Source: Jimgerdemannia flammicorona (lineage: Eukaryota). Taken from it: a stretch of DNA of 35,943 nucleotides. The position numbers were made by a program, and so were the translations under genes. The stretch's first letter is position 1, and every line of letters begins with the position of its first letter. The DNA lies in NCBI GenBank assembly GCA_003990765.1, contig RBNJ01000232.1:1-35943 (forward strand). Reading direction: 5' to 3'. This document shows, piece after piece, positions 1-10,506 of this stretch. The notes beneath the pieces were generated by a model. That model was not told the origin of the DNA. It did not search any database and worked only from the letters and a program-made list of their open reading frames with translations.

Positions 1-406
1 AAAATAGAATTTCAACAGAATTGATGATATTCAAATAGGTAACAGGGTTCATTTCTTGAATGTCATTCAGAGAGAACTGTGCCTGTGTCAGAGCTGTGAC
101 ATTTCATTTATAAATAGTATATAGTCTGTCTACAGCAGTAGTATCTCTCTTGGTCAGACCTATGGTATTCCTGATATAGGTCTGTTCTGGGGCTGGAAGG
201 TTCTGCAATTATTCATCAATTGCATAATAGACCTGCAGTTGGTGGACTTGTAGTAGGTATCTGGCCAAGGTAAGATTTTCTTGGTGAACTTGAATTCTCT
301 GAAGGGGGTTCTCATTAGCTTGGCCAAATTGAGGTAGGGGAACTGGTAGGGCTTGGAAGGAGCTGAGGACCAATGTCTGGAGGCATTGATCAATTCTTTG
401 GCTCAT
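1..406 (-). pseudogene. Extra ORF downstream of integrase (env position), unknown function
   Basis: ATG at 406. The frame reads MSQRIDQ...LQVYYAIDE*LQNLPAPEQTYIRNTIGLTKRDTTAVDRLYTIYK*NVTALTQAQFSLNDIQEM... to the window edge. Both stops (TAA, TGA) are one C>T from sense codons. Colinear with the family B ORF at 26359-26765. Confidence 0.6.
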
Positions 407-462
407 GGTGTAGAGAGGAGATATAGTTTGAGGTGATTGATGTATACTGGTGTTCTCAGGGT

Positions 463-1300
463 TCATCCATTCATGCTTCTTAAATAGATACTGATTTCTC
501 TGATGTTGTGTACAAGGTAAGGTCCCTCCCATTTGGGCTCCAGTTTGGCAGCAAAGTTTGTTTCAATCATGCTTCTCCAAACTAGTACTTGATCTTCAAT
601 CTTGATCTCCTGATCTTTCCATTTCTGGTCATAATACTTCTTTTGTCTTTCCTGGGCTTTGATAATCTGTCCTTGGGCTTGATTATACAACTGTTCTGCC
701 TTCTTGAGGAGATCTCCAAGATTCTCATGGTCAGTAGTTCTGGTTTTCTTGGCAAACATCATTTCAAAGGGCTTTTATTTAGTTGAGGCAACAGGGGTAT
801 TCCAAATTTCCCATAGGATCTCAGGTAAGCAGAGGTCCCAATTGGTAGGATTGACTCAGACAAGTTCTTTTTTGATTGTCTGGTTTATTCTTTCTGTCAT
901 ACCATTGGTCTGGGGGTGGTATAATGTGGTCCATTTAAGATGGATCTTGTGAATTTAAGCATAACTTGTGATTATATTGTTGATGAATTCTGTGCCTCGG
1001 TCAGAGATGAGTTCTTCTGAGGGTCCATATCTGAGTGTGAGTCTAAGAAGAAGGCCTACAATGGTTAGGAAAACTGTAATTTCCATTGGGAAAGCCTCGG
1101 GCTACTTGGTCAGATGTTTTATAAATACAAAAATGTATTTGTTTCTTCTTGGTATAACTGGTAGAGGTCTAATTACATCTACTCCCCATCTTTGAAAGAT
1201 GTGAGTAAGTGGGGGAATTGGTTGCAGAGGGGCTTAATAGTTCTTCTTTCCTTAGTACTTCTGGTAGGTGTCACATTTCTAAATGATGTCTCAGACTTGT
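463..1300 (-). pseudogene. Gypsy integrase (catalytic core plus GPY/F motif), disrupted
   Basis: Translations include FQRWGVDVIRPLP, ISDRGTEF, YHPQTNGMTERINQTIK and KLEPKWEGPYLV. In-frame stops are present. Confidence 0.92.
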
Positions 1301-1559
1301 GTTCTGAGGTTAGACTAATGTTGGTATATTGTTTGCAACTTCTCTCCTACATTCACCTGTCCTTGGTGAGCTTTCTGATATTCTTTTTGGATGAGATCTT
1401 CTTGTGCCTTGATGGTCTGAAGAGCTTCCTTTAGGGTGTAGTTCCTTGGGACACTCTTCTTCTGGTTCATTGGGGGTGGCAGGAAAATACATCAATATTG
1501 TTGTGGACTTTCTCTGCTTTGTGGATGATAGTGATTTTGTAATCCTGAAGGATAAGAAT

Positions 1560-2720
1560 CCAGTGGGCTAGGATTCTAGTAGGTTTCTTGCGATTGAATA
1601 GTCATTTGAGGGCTGCATGATTTGTGATCAGGGTGAACCTTTTTCCAATGAGGTAATACTTGAACAGGGTGACTGCCCATATGACTGCAAGATATTCCAG
1701 TTTGGTGCTACCATAGTTCATCTGCTGCTGATTGGTAGCTCTGCTTGCATAAGCTATCATATGGTACTGTTGATTGGGTCCTTCTTGGGCCAGAACTGCC
1801 CTGAGGCCATCTTTAGAAGTATCTGTATATAAGATGAATAGCCTCTGTAGATTGGGGCGCATAAGGATTAGTGCTGTAGTTATGCAGTTCTTGAGTTCTT
1901 TGAAGGCTTTTTCTTGTGATTCTGTCCATTTGAATGGTACTCTTTTCTTGAGAAGGATTCGGATTGGGGCAGCGATTTGGGCAAAGTTTTTGATAAACCT
2001 TCTGTAGTAGGATACTAGCATCAGAAATGATAGTATTTCCTTCAGGGTTTTAGATACTGGCCAATTATTGATCTTTTTGGTTTTCTTTAGGTCTGCATGG
2101 GTTTCTTTTTTCAAGACTATAAATCTAAGGAATTTGAGTTTCTGTTTCCCAAAGTAGTATTTCTTTGCATTTAGTCTCAAGTGGTTCTTACAGGTGAGTT
2201 TGAAGAATTCCTCTAGGTGGTACAGGTGTTCTTCAAAATTTGCTGAATAGATATTAGAATCATCCATATATAAAATTAAGCAGTGGTGGATCAAGGGGGT
2301 ATAGACTGAATTTATCATCCTCTGGAAGGTGGGGGGTGTATTACAAAGTCCAAAGGGTATTCTTAGATATTCAAAAAGTTTTCCTAGGGCAAGGAAGGCT
2401 GTCTTTTGAATGTCCTTGGAGTCCATGGGGATCTCATAGAATCCTGCAAAGAGGTCCATACTGCTGAAGTATCTGGCATCTTGTAACTGATCCAAGAGGT
2501 CATTGATTCTGGGCAGAGGATAGACATCCTTTTCAGTGACTGAATTGAGTTTTCTGTAATCTATGCAGAGTCTCTATCCTCCTTTCTTTGGTACAATAAG
2601 TATAGGGCTGGCCCAGGGGCTGGTAGAGGGTTGGATGACTCTATTGTCTAAGAGTTCTTTGATGTGCTCTTTTTCGAATGTTTTCAAGTGATAGGGTATT
2701 CTATAGGGTTTCTGCTGGAT
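1560..2720 (-). pseudogene. Gypsy reverse transcriptase plus RNase H
   Basis: ORF 1602-2495 has YFSSMDL..GFYEI, PFGLCNTPPTFQR, YMDD, FILYTDTS and FTLITNHAALK. The upstream frame reads RLCIDYRKLNSVTEKDVYPLPRI after a stop. Confidence 0.95.
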
Positions 2721-3289
2721 GGGTGTTGCATTTTCTGTATTTATGCTATAGTGATATGATGGACTGTATGGCAGGTTGCCATAATCGGTGGTGAAGATAT
2801 CTTGATATTTGTTGAGAAGTTCTACTAGTTGTTGTTATTGTTGAGGTATCAATTCTTCTCCAATATTGATGGAAGGCTTCACTGTCTCCTGGGTCGCAGA
2901 GGGGCCTTTCCTTTCTTCTAGGACCTTTTGCCATTTCCCAATAGATTTAGTTCATAAACTTCCCTATGAGTTTGATTGAGAAAAGGCACCAGATGTCCTA
3001 TGATCATTCCTTTCAGCAAGATGATGGTCTCCCAACTTTGGTTGGTTGCTCAGGAGTGTACTGGGTTTATTTTGTCAGGGAATGTGTATCCCTCTATGTC
3101 CAGGTGTAGGATATCTTCCTTGGGTTCAAAGAAAAGATTCCTGGGGTTGGGTGGTGCAAAGATTTCGAAGGTAGTTTGTTCTCCAGATTCCAGGATAAGA
3201 TTCTTGTGCAGTCTGACTGGTTGCCAGTATACTTGCTGGGGAACATTTCTCTTGAGGTGATTGACTTGAAGAAGATATACTTCCTTCCT

Positions 3290-3690
3290 GTCTGAACTTC
3301 CAAATCTCTTGACTTGTCTTGTTCCTTCAGTTAGTTCTGAGACTTCTTGTAACTGTGGGGTCTTGACTTTCATGAGGACTGCTTGGGCAATCTTCTGTCC
3401 TCTAATGATTTGGTGCCATTATGTACTGCTGTTGTATAGGATGATCTTGATTTCACCTGTATATCCCAGATCAATGGTTTCTCCTTCTACAGTTATTCCT
3501 TGTCTGGCAAGTCTGGACCTTGAGGTCAGCTGGATGTAAGCTCCTTAGGGTGGCTGAATGGCTAATCTGGTTCTAATCATGAAGATTTTTCCAGGTTTGA
3601 TAGATTCATCCTTCAGGCTGTGAAGATCATATCCTACATCTTCTGGGTGGGCTTTGGTTGGGGGTCTGGCCTTGAGGTGCAGCAGGATAT
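3290..3690 (-). pseudogene. Retrotransposon-borne trimeric dUTPase domain
   Basis: All five dUTPase motifs are recognisable in decayed form: DVGYDL, SRSRLA, ETIDLGYTGEI, GQKIAQ, RQVKRFGSS. Located between protease and RT. Confidence 0.85.
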
Positions 3691-4979
3691 ACTGGGCAAT
3701 ATCCTTGCTGAGTTTGGGCCTTTCTAAGGCTGAAGCTCCACTAGCAGAGAGCCTCTAAGATTGAGGTGTGGCCATCTGGCTCCAATAGAGGGGTCTTGGA
3801 GATAGTTGATTCCCCTTCTTCCTGTAGGGTCAAGAGCTTCCATGAAGTTGGTGGCATCTTCTGCCCATCCTTGGTGGGTTGCATGTCTGATGAGAGCTAA
3901 GATATTTTCTCCTAAATTATAGATCTTGAGGGTCCTTCTTCCTGGCTTTTTGGTCTGGCTTTTTCAGATCTGACTTCAGTTATCTCCTCTCTTCAAGATA
4001 TAGACTGCCACATCATGACTGAGATGGATCTTCTGATGCCTGCAGTCTTGGCAGTCTGGGTGTCTTCTATGGTTGCAATATCCCATTGCTCAGAAATGAT
4101 GTTCCTGGTTACTGATCTCTTGTTGTCTTAGGAAATGGTATATAGGTGGGTAGAAGGATAGATAAGGGATATATTTCTGTTCAGGTGAAGAAGCCTTGTT
4201 CTCTAAATTAACTCTGTAACCTTGTGGTAACTTCTTGAAAGGTGGTTGACTATACAAGTATAGTTGGGGGTTCTGGTCTCTGGGGTCTCTGTCTTTCTTA
4301 TTGATCCAACAGATGACACTGATAGCAGTAGTCTCAGAGAGAGTGGAAGACCATTTGGTGTGGGCACCTTCCAAGCCGAAAAGTCTTTTCTTGATGAGTT
4401 TCTTTCTTTGGGATAATGGTGATTATACTGGGTCCTTCTTCTATGTTCCAAGGGTCATTGTCCTTGGGTGGTGTCCAATGAGGATCATCCCAGGGGATGA
4501 GTTCAGGGACTTCTTCTTCTTCAGGTACTTCTTGTTCAGGGACTTCTTGATTAGAAGTTTCTTCTTCCTTGGATGATTCTTGACCCCAAATTGCTTATAC
4601 TTCTGCAGCTTTGGTTGCAGGTATTTCTGGAATATGTCTGCATTTCTTCTTCTTCCTTCTGCACTCTGGGCAGGCTGTACCAGGTGATTTCCTTGTTCCC
4701 ATGATCTTGGAGGAGTGCTCAGGACACTTGTGTCTCTTGAGGCAGATAGGGCATCCTTTGGCTTCTCCTGCAATAGCTCCAATGGTGATGGGAATGGTGT
4801 TCTTAGCCCATACATTGTCTTCTGGTCTGTCATCTACCAGGTTAATTCAGAGGTTGAGTCTGGGATCATTTCCATCTTCGGATTCTTCCTCTTTTTCTGT
4901 GGTAGATTCTTCACTGCTGGCATATTCTTCCTGAATAGTGACCTTCTTCTTCTTCTTTGATTGCTCATAGCTGGTCACC

Positions 4980-5345
4980 TTAACTCTATATTTCTTGTCT
5001 CGGTAATCAAACTTGAGTACTTGTTGACCAATATTGACAACTGTATTCATTTCCTTCATCCAGTTGGTGCCAAGAATTATGTCATAGGTGACAGCATCCA
5101 TGACAATAGCTTTTGGGATAGAAAACTGAATGTATCCAAGAGAGATAGTAATATTTCATACTTCTCCCAGAGGTTGAGTTTGTGCTCTATCTGCTACTAT
5201 GATGCTAAGGTTGGATGGTCCATCAATGGGCCATTGGAGGGTGTCTAAGAATCATTTGGCAATGATACAGACAGCTGCTCCTGTGTCTATGAGGATTTTT
5301 ACTTTTTGTCCTCTAATATCTCCATGTAAGTAGGTGTTGACATGT
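4980..5345 (-). pseudogene. Gypsy aspartic protease
   Basis: VKILIDTGAAVCII near 5265-5303, and YDIILGTNWM in ORF 4847-5101. Confidence 0.9.
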
Positions 5346-5759
5346 CTTTTGGCTGCTTGGACAGAGATAGAAGCTGGTTCTTGCTGTGAGATTGGAACTC
5401 AGCCAGTGCTAGACCTAGTAGTTCTCAGCAATTTGTTTTGGACTCCTGCTGGTATCAGTTGCAAGAACTGCAGGAGAGGGACTTCTATCTTGGCTTCTTG
5501 AATCTTATGCCAGGCTTCATTGTAAATATCTCTAGGCATGGTCTTCAAAGTATACTTCTTCTTAGGCTTTGGAGCAGCAGGTTCCCATTCTTCTTGTTCC
5601 ATTTCTTCATCTTCTGGTGGTAACTCATTTGTCTCAGGAACAAAAGGTGAGGGGGTTTGAGGAGGTATTTCTACTTGTTCCTCCTCATGTTCTTCATCTC
5701 CTTCTTGGATGATTCTTCTGCTGATGTTCCTGGATGGCCTTCCTACAGGTCTCTTCCTC

Positions 5760-7010
5760 TTTTCTGCTGAGTAGACTATCTTTCAGGTGGTAATCTTAGT
5801 GGGGTATAAGTCTAGGTCACTGTAGTCTTCACTGTTGCTTGCTTCCTCGAAATCTTCAATAGAATGGGCTTCAGTCTTCTTATACTGGGTATCATTCCTT
5901 TGGTTTGGTGGTTCTGAGTCTCTTCAGTCACTTCTTTTATTATCATATTCAGTGGCATAGTGTCCAAATTGTGCAGTGAAAACATTGGACTTAGGCTCTG
6001 TCTCAGGCAGGGTACCTTCTTTCTTCTTGCTGGTAATTCCTGTTATCTCTTGGTGGATAACCTTGGCTCCTCTGTAGTGGGTACTCTCTGTTGTTTTGGT
6101 AGTCCCAATTTTCACATATAGTGAGTTTTTCAATCTGTCCAACCAATCAGTCCAGCTTGAAGCTGAGGTCTTGGATTTCACTTCTGTCCTTCTTCTCTTC
6201 CTTGGCTGGCCTTCTTTCTTTGGATCTTTCTTATCCTTGAAGGAGTCCTTGTAGGGCTTTGACCAGAATGTCTTCTTTCTCTTCTTTTCTATTATGATCA
6301 CTCCAGGTAGTTCCTTGTCTGATATCAAAGAATCCTTGGGCTGCATCTACTTGCTCTTCAGACCTTCTGATGCCTAGGGTGCAAACATGCTGGGCAATGT
6401 TTGGGGGAATTCCATTCATGAAGATCATTGGACCAATGATGTCCTGATTGGTGGCATTGAACCTGGCAGCATGCATTCTCTTCTGGATTCTTGTGAAGAA
6501 GGCTCTGGGTGATTCTCCAAGATTCATCTTCATTCCCATGATAGATTCTTGAGTCTTATGGTGGATTTCATTTCCTGCATACTTTTCAATGAGCCAGTGG
6601 ACCATGGCCTCATATTCTAGCTCATAAGACATTGCTGCTTGCATCTGTCTTGTCAGTTCTGAATCTGGGTTGTTTGCTGTTCGATGGAAAATTCCTCTGG
6701 CTGGTTCTCTGAGCTGAGCCTTATAGATGGCAATTTTTCTTTTATCTGAGAGATTCCTCAAAATTGTAATTCCTTCAATTCCATCAAGAAATTCTCTGAG
6801 GTCTTCCTCTGGGTATCCTGCAAAGATTGGCAGTAAAGTGGCCATTTCTTCGTCACTTTCTTCTGATTCTGGTTCAGGTTCCGATTCTGATTCCGATTCG
6901 CTTTCTGAGCTGTCACTGGAGATGGGGGTGCTTGGGTATCTTGAGGATGGTGTTCTGGACCTTGGGTGAAGTGGAATAAGCCTAGGTATTCTTGTAGGAG
7001 CTGCTTCCAA
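5760..7010 (-). pseudogene. Gypsy gag (capsid-like region plus decayed CCHC knuckle)
   Basis: ORF 6231-7010 has LPIFAGYPEEDLREFL and GESPRAFFTRI. A frameshifted CFHC..FGHYATE(Y) knuckle lies near 5945-5986. Position directly after the PBS/leader. Confidence 0.8.
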
Positions 7011-7376
7011 TTCAAGGGATTGTGGTAAAGGTTCTATTGGTGAGATTGGTGGAACTGATCTGGGGCATCTGGCTGTAAGGTCTCAGGTTTATGTGATAAG
7101 GTCTTCTAGTTCTTGTACAAGTTCTCCAAAATCTCTAGCAGGGCTGTCTATATTGTCTGGTTGATCTGGTTGGAGATTTCAAGCTGTACTGCCTTCTGGT
7201 TGAGAGCCTTCTGATGCTGGGTAGTTGGCAAGTCTTGATGTAATTACTTCTCTTCCTGTCTAAATGCTAGTGATAACTGGTTCTTCTGTAGTGGTAGAGG
7301 TTGGTATTGTATCAAATATATCCAGTTTGACTGTGGGTTCTTGTGAGCTGAAAAGTCATGTCGATTTTTAAAATCT

Positions 7377-7393
7377 TCCCAGTTGAGCCCCCA
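7377..7393 (-). promoter_or_regulatory. Primer-binding site, tRNA-Pro type
   Basis: Minus strand reads TGGGGGCTCAACTGGGA, 2 nt after the LTR end. Close to the known tRNA-Pro PBS TGGGGGCTCGTCCGGGA; two of the three differences are CpG transitions. Confidence 0.75.
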
Positions 7394-7395
7394 AA

Positions 7396-8785
7396 TGTAA
7401 CATGCCTGGCTCAATGGAGGCAAATTACAAGGTTGGAGGTTGATGTAGTTTGGCTTGAGCCCTCAGTTACTTTGTCAAAAAGCAACAAAATGTTCTAAGA
7501 TTCCTGAGGTCTGTGGTGTTTAGTGGTATAATAGTTAAAGCTGGATATCTGTGAGCAATTTGTATGTCAATTTCCTAATTGAATGGTTCTCTGGGTGTAG
7601 TGGCAATTTGGGTGTGTGTGTGTGTGAATGAGTTTCCTCCTTAGATCAACTGGGAATGGTAGAATTTCATGTGTAGTATGACAATCTCTGTGTATGATAG
7701 TCTAGTAATTCAGCAATTCTCCTTCTTGGGCAGCAGGCAATTTCTGTGTAGCATGACAATCTCATAATGGTCTGGTAATTTAGCAGTTCTCCTTCTTAGG
7801 TAGCAGGCAATTTCTGTGTAGCATGACAGGTTCCTTATGTGGGATGTTCTGATAATTTGATAGATAACTTGATTCAGCTTACAGAGAATCATACTGGCAG
7901 TGGATATCTTAGTAACTCAGGCTCACTGGGAACAATGGATAACTTCGGATAGTGCAGATAATTTGGACAACTGGAAATACTACTTGAATGGCATGAGTTC
8001 TTCTGAATTGGGTTCTTCTGGAAATATGATGGCATGGATTCTTCCTGAATCAGCAGCTTTAACTGGGAATGCAGTGGTTAACTTGGAAACAGTGGATGAT
8101 GTAGATTCTCCTAAATCAGCAGCTTCAACTGGAAATTAACTAGAATTCTTGGCAAGTTACATTAAAGACTGGCTTCATTTGCATAGAGTTACATCATAGA
8201 CTAGCTCTACTGCAAAGTTGTGTCAGAAAGACTGGCTTGTGGTAAGAATGGTGGTGAAAACTTGGGTTCTTCAAAAGGTGGACTGGAGTAGAAAGGGGAC
8301 CAATGCTCAATCTTTAGAGGCTTCTTTGGTGTTTGTATTTCGGACTCATTCTTTGTATTGGAAAGTGGACCAGAGTGGAGAAATAAGCTCACAATCTCCT
8401 AGTAGTGGCTGTAGAGTTTCTCCCAAAGTGTGGTAGGCAGACTTGTCTTTTGCTTCAATTTTGGACTGAGGTTTATTCACTCTTGTCTCTGGGGTAATTT
8501 ATACAAGTTGGTTGCTATCTAGTTACTATGTGGCTAACTATAGATCTGCTACTTATGGCAGGTGTACAGAGTCTATATGGTGTACAGGACCTGTATAGTA
8601 TACAGAGTCTATATGGTGTACAGAGTCTGTACAGGTAAACAGACCCTATCTGGTATGTTCAGCTAATTATACAGTTTTTGCAGCAATGGTTGCTAGTTAC
8701 TATGCTGTGTGTTTACATCATCTGGCTAATTGTTCACATCATCTAGCTAAGGTATAATTCAGGTGGTATGTCTTGGTTTGTCACA
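7396..8785 (-). repeat. 5' LTR of family A element (1390 bp)
   Basis: TGT...ACA termini, adjacent PBS, and full-length similarity to 17915-19229 and (inverted) to 27594-28977 plus 35377-35409. Internal ~18-bp tandem repeats at ~8560-8635. Confidence 0.95.
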
Positions 8786-10506
8786 ATAGATATCTTGAGG
8801 CATGTTTTTTAGAGAGTACTTCTTCTTAGATTTTAGAATTACTGATCTTATTCTTCTTACTCTATTTCTTTATCTTTAGATCTAGATAATAATTTATCAG
8901 TTCTAGAGGCAAATAGTGAAGGAGAGTAAAAGAGTATATTAATCTGGTCTTCAGTTTCCTTTTCTTAAATAATTCTCCTTTTTGACCACCTAACTAGTCT
9001 ATCTTCATTTGCCTATCTTTTCTTAACAGAATAGATAGTTTTTCTAGAGATGATCTTAGTTGAGAATAGGTCTAGATAACTGTAGTTTTTACTATCACTT
9101 TTCTCATAATCCTCTATGAAGTAGGCTTCAGTCTTCTTATAATGAGTTATATTCTTTCAGTTTGGTAGTTCTGAGTCTCTTTAGTTACTTCTTCTATTGT
9201 TATGTAGTATAGTATACAAATTATTTATAGTTATATATTAGACTTAAGTTTTATCTTAGAGTAGATAGCTTCTTTTTTCTTGAGATAGATAACTTTCATT
9301 TTTTTAGAGTAAATAATCCTGATTTCTTTATAGTATATAATTCTTATTATCTTATAAATAGCTCTGATTTTTATATAGTGAGTTTTTCAATTTGTCTAAC
9401 TAATCAGTCTAGTTTAGAGTTAAGGTCTTGGATTTCATTTTTATTCTTCTATTTTTTTGTAGATTTCTTCTCTTTAAAGTTTTCTTAGAGAATTTCTTGA
9501 AGAGTCTTAATCAAGAGATCTTCTTTATTTTCTTTCTTATTATTATTCTAGATAGTTTCTTACTTGATATCAAAATATCCTTAGGCTATATCTACTTGTT
9601 TATTAGATCTTTTGATACTAAGAGTATAGATATACTAGATAATATTGAGAGGGATTTTATTTATGTGTTTGAGTGTCGACCTGAGCGGCATACGGCATAT
9701 GGTGGGGTGTGTTTATGAAGATATGGATGATGTCACCAAATTCTGACCAATGGGGGTTGATTATATCACGTGAATCACGTGGCGAAATTTGCAGGCAAAT
9801 TTGCCTGCGGATGCCAACAACCTAAGGGTTATAAAGATTATTGGACTAATGATATCTTGGTTGATAGTACTAAATCTAGCAGCATGCATTCTCTTCTGAA
9901 TTTTTGTAAAGAATACCTATCAAGATTCTTCTAGATTTATCTTAATATCTATAATGAATTCTTGAGCTTTGTAATAAGTTAGTTTCTGCATATTTCTCAA
10001 TAAGTCAGTGAGAGATAGCTTCATACTGATCTGTATAATAGTTTACAGTAGCTAGGACTTATCCTAGATCAAAGTTTGAGTTATTTGATATTCTGGTAAA
10101 GATTCCTTTAGCTGACTCTCTCAACTATACTTTGAAGATAATATTCTAAGTATTGCAATTCTTTCTAAATCAAGTGACTTTTGGCAGATATTTCTTCTAA
10201 TGTATCAGACAATTGGCTTTTGCTTTTTTTTTTTTGACTTTTCAGACTGAAGTTTATTTACTTGAATTTCTGGGGTATTTTATACAAGTGTGGTTGCTAT
10301 CTGATTGCTATCTGGATAATTATAGAATATATAGTAAGGCTAATTTAAGGAAGATATAATCACTTGTTCCCTTGTAGGACAGGTGTTCCACTTGGTACAT
10401 CTGGTTATTTATACAAATTGGTGGCACATGTAGTAACTATGTGAGGTAACTATGCTAAGTGTTCTTTATACATCATCTGGCTATACTATAGTATTTGCTC
10501 GTCACA
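8786..10506 (-). mobile_element. Older, more decayed family-A-related Gypsy fragment (gag remnant plus partial LTR)
   Basis: 8786-10140 is colinear with ~5525-6740 (e.g. 9374-9437 vs 6117-6180) with excess C>T/G>A. About 10205-10506 resembles the distal LTR and ends in GTCACA. PBS and most of the LTR are deleted. Confidence 0.85.
9666..9828. mobile_element. ~163-bp young insertion, unclassified
   Basis: Interrupts colinearity with 6410-6440. Flanked by TTAT(G)/TTAT(A) direct repeats, retains CpGs, and contains the perfect palindrome GCAGGCAAATTTGCCTGC (9791-9808). Confidence 0.7.

Larger units (their letters stand above)
1..8785 (-). mobile_element. Ty3/Gypsy LTR retrotransposon, family A, decayed; 3' LTR lies beyond the window start
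   Basis: Minus-strand order: LTR (7396-8785), PBS, gag, protease (ILIDTGAA), dUTPase, RT (YMDD), RNase H, integrase (GPY motif). The PR-RT-RH-IN order is Gypsy-type. Many stops and frameshifts. Confidence 0.95.

Noticed and set aside
160..470. Chromodomain or retroviral env after integrase
   Set aside because: No chromodomain aromatic-cage motif, signal peptide or transmembrane segment was seen; treated as an unknown ORF.
589..6969. Plus-strand ORFs over the family A element
   Set aside because: Antisense shadows of the minus-strand gag-pol.
7377..7393. tRNA gene
   Set aside because: Only the ~17-nt complement of a tRNA 3' end (PBS); no cloverleaf.
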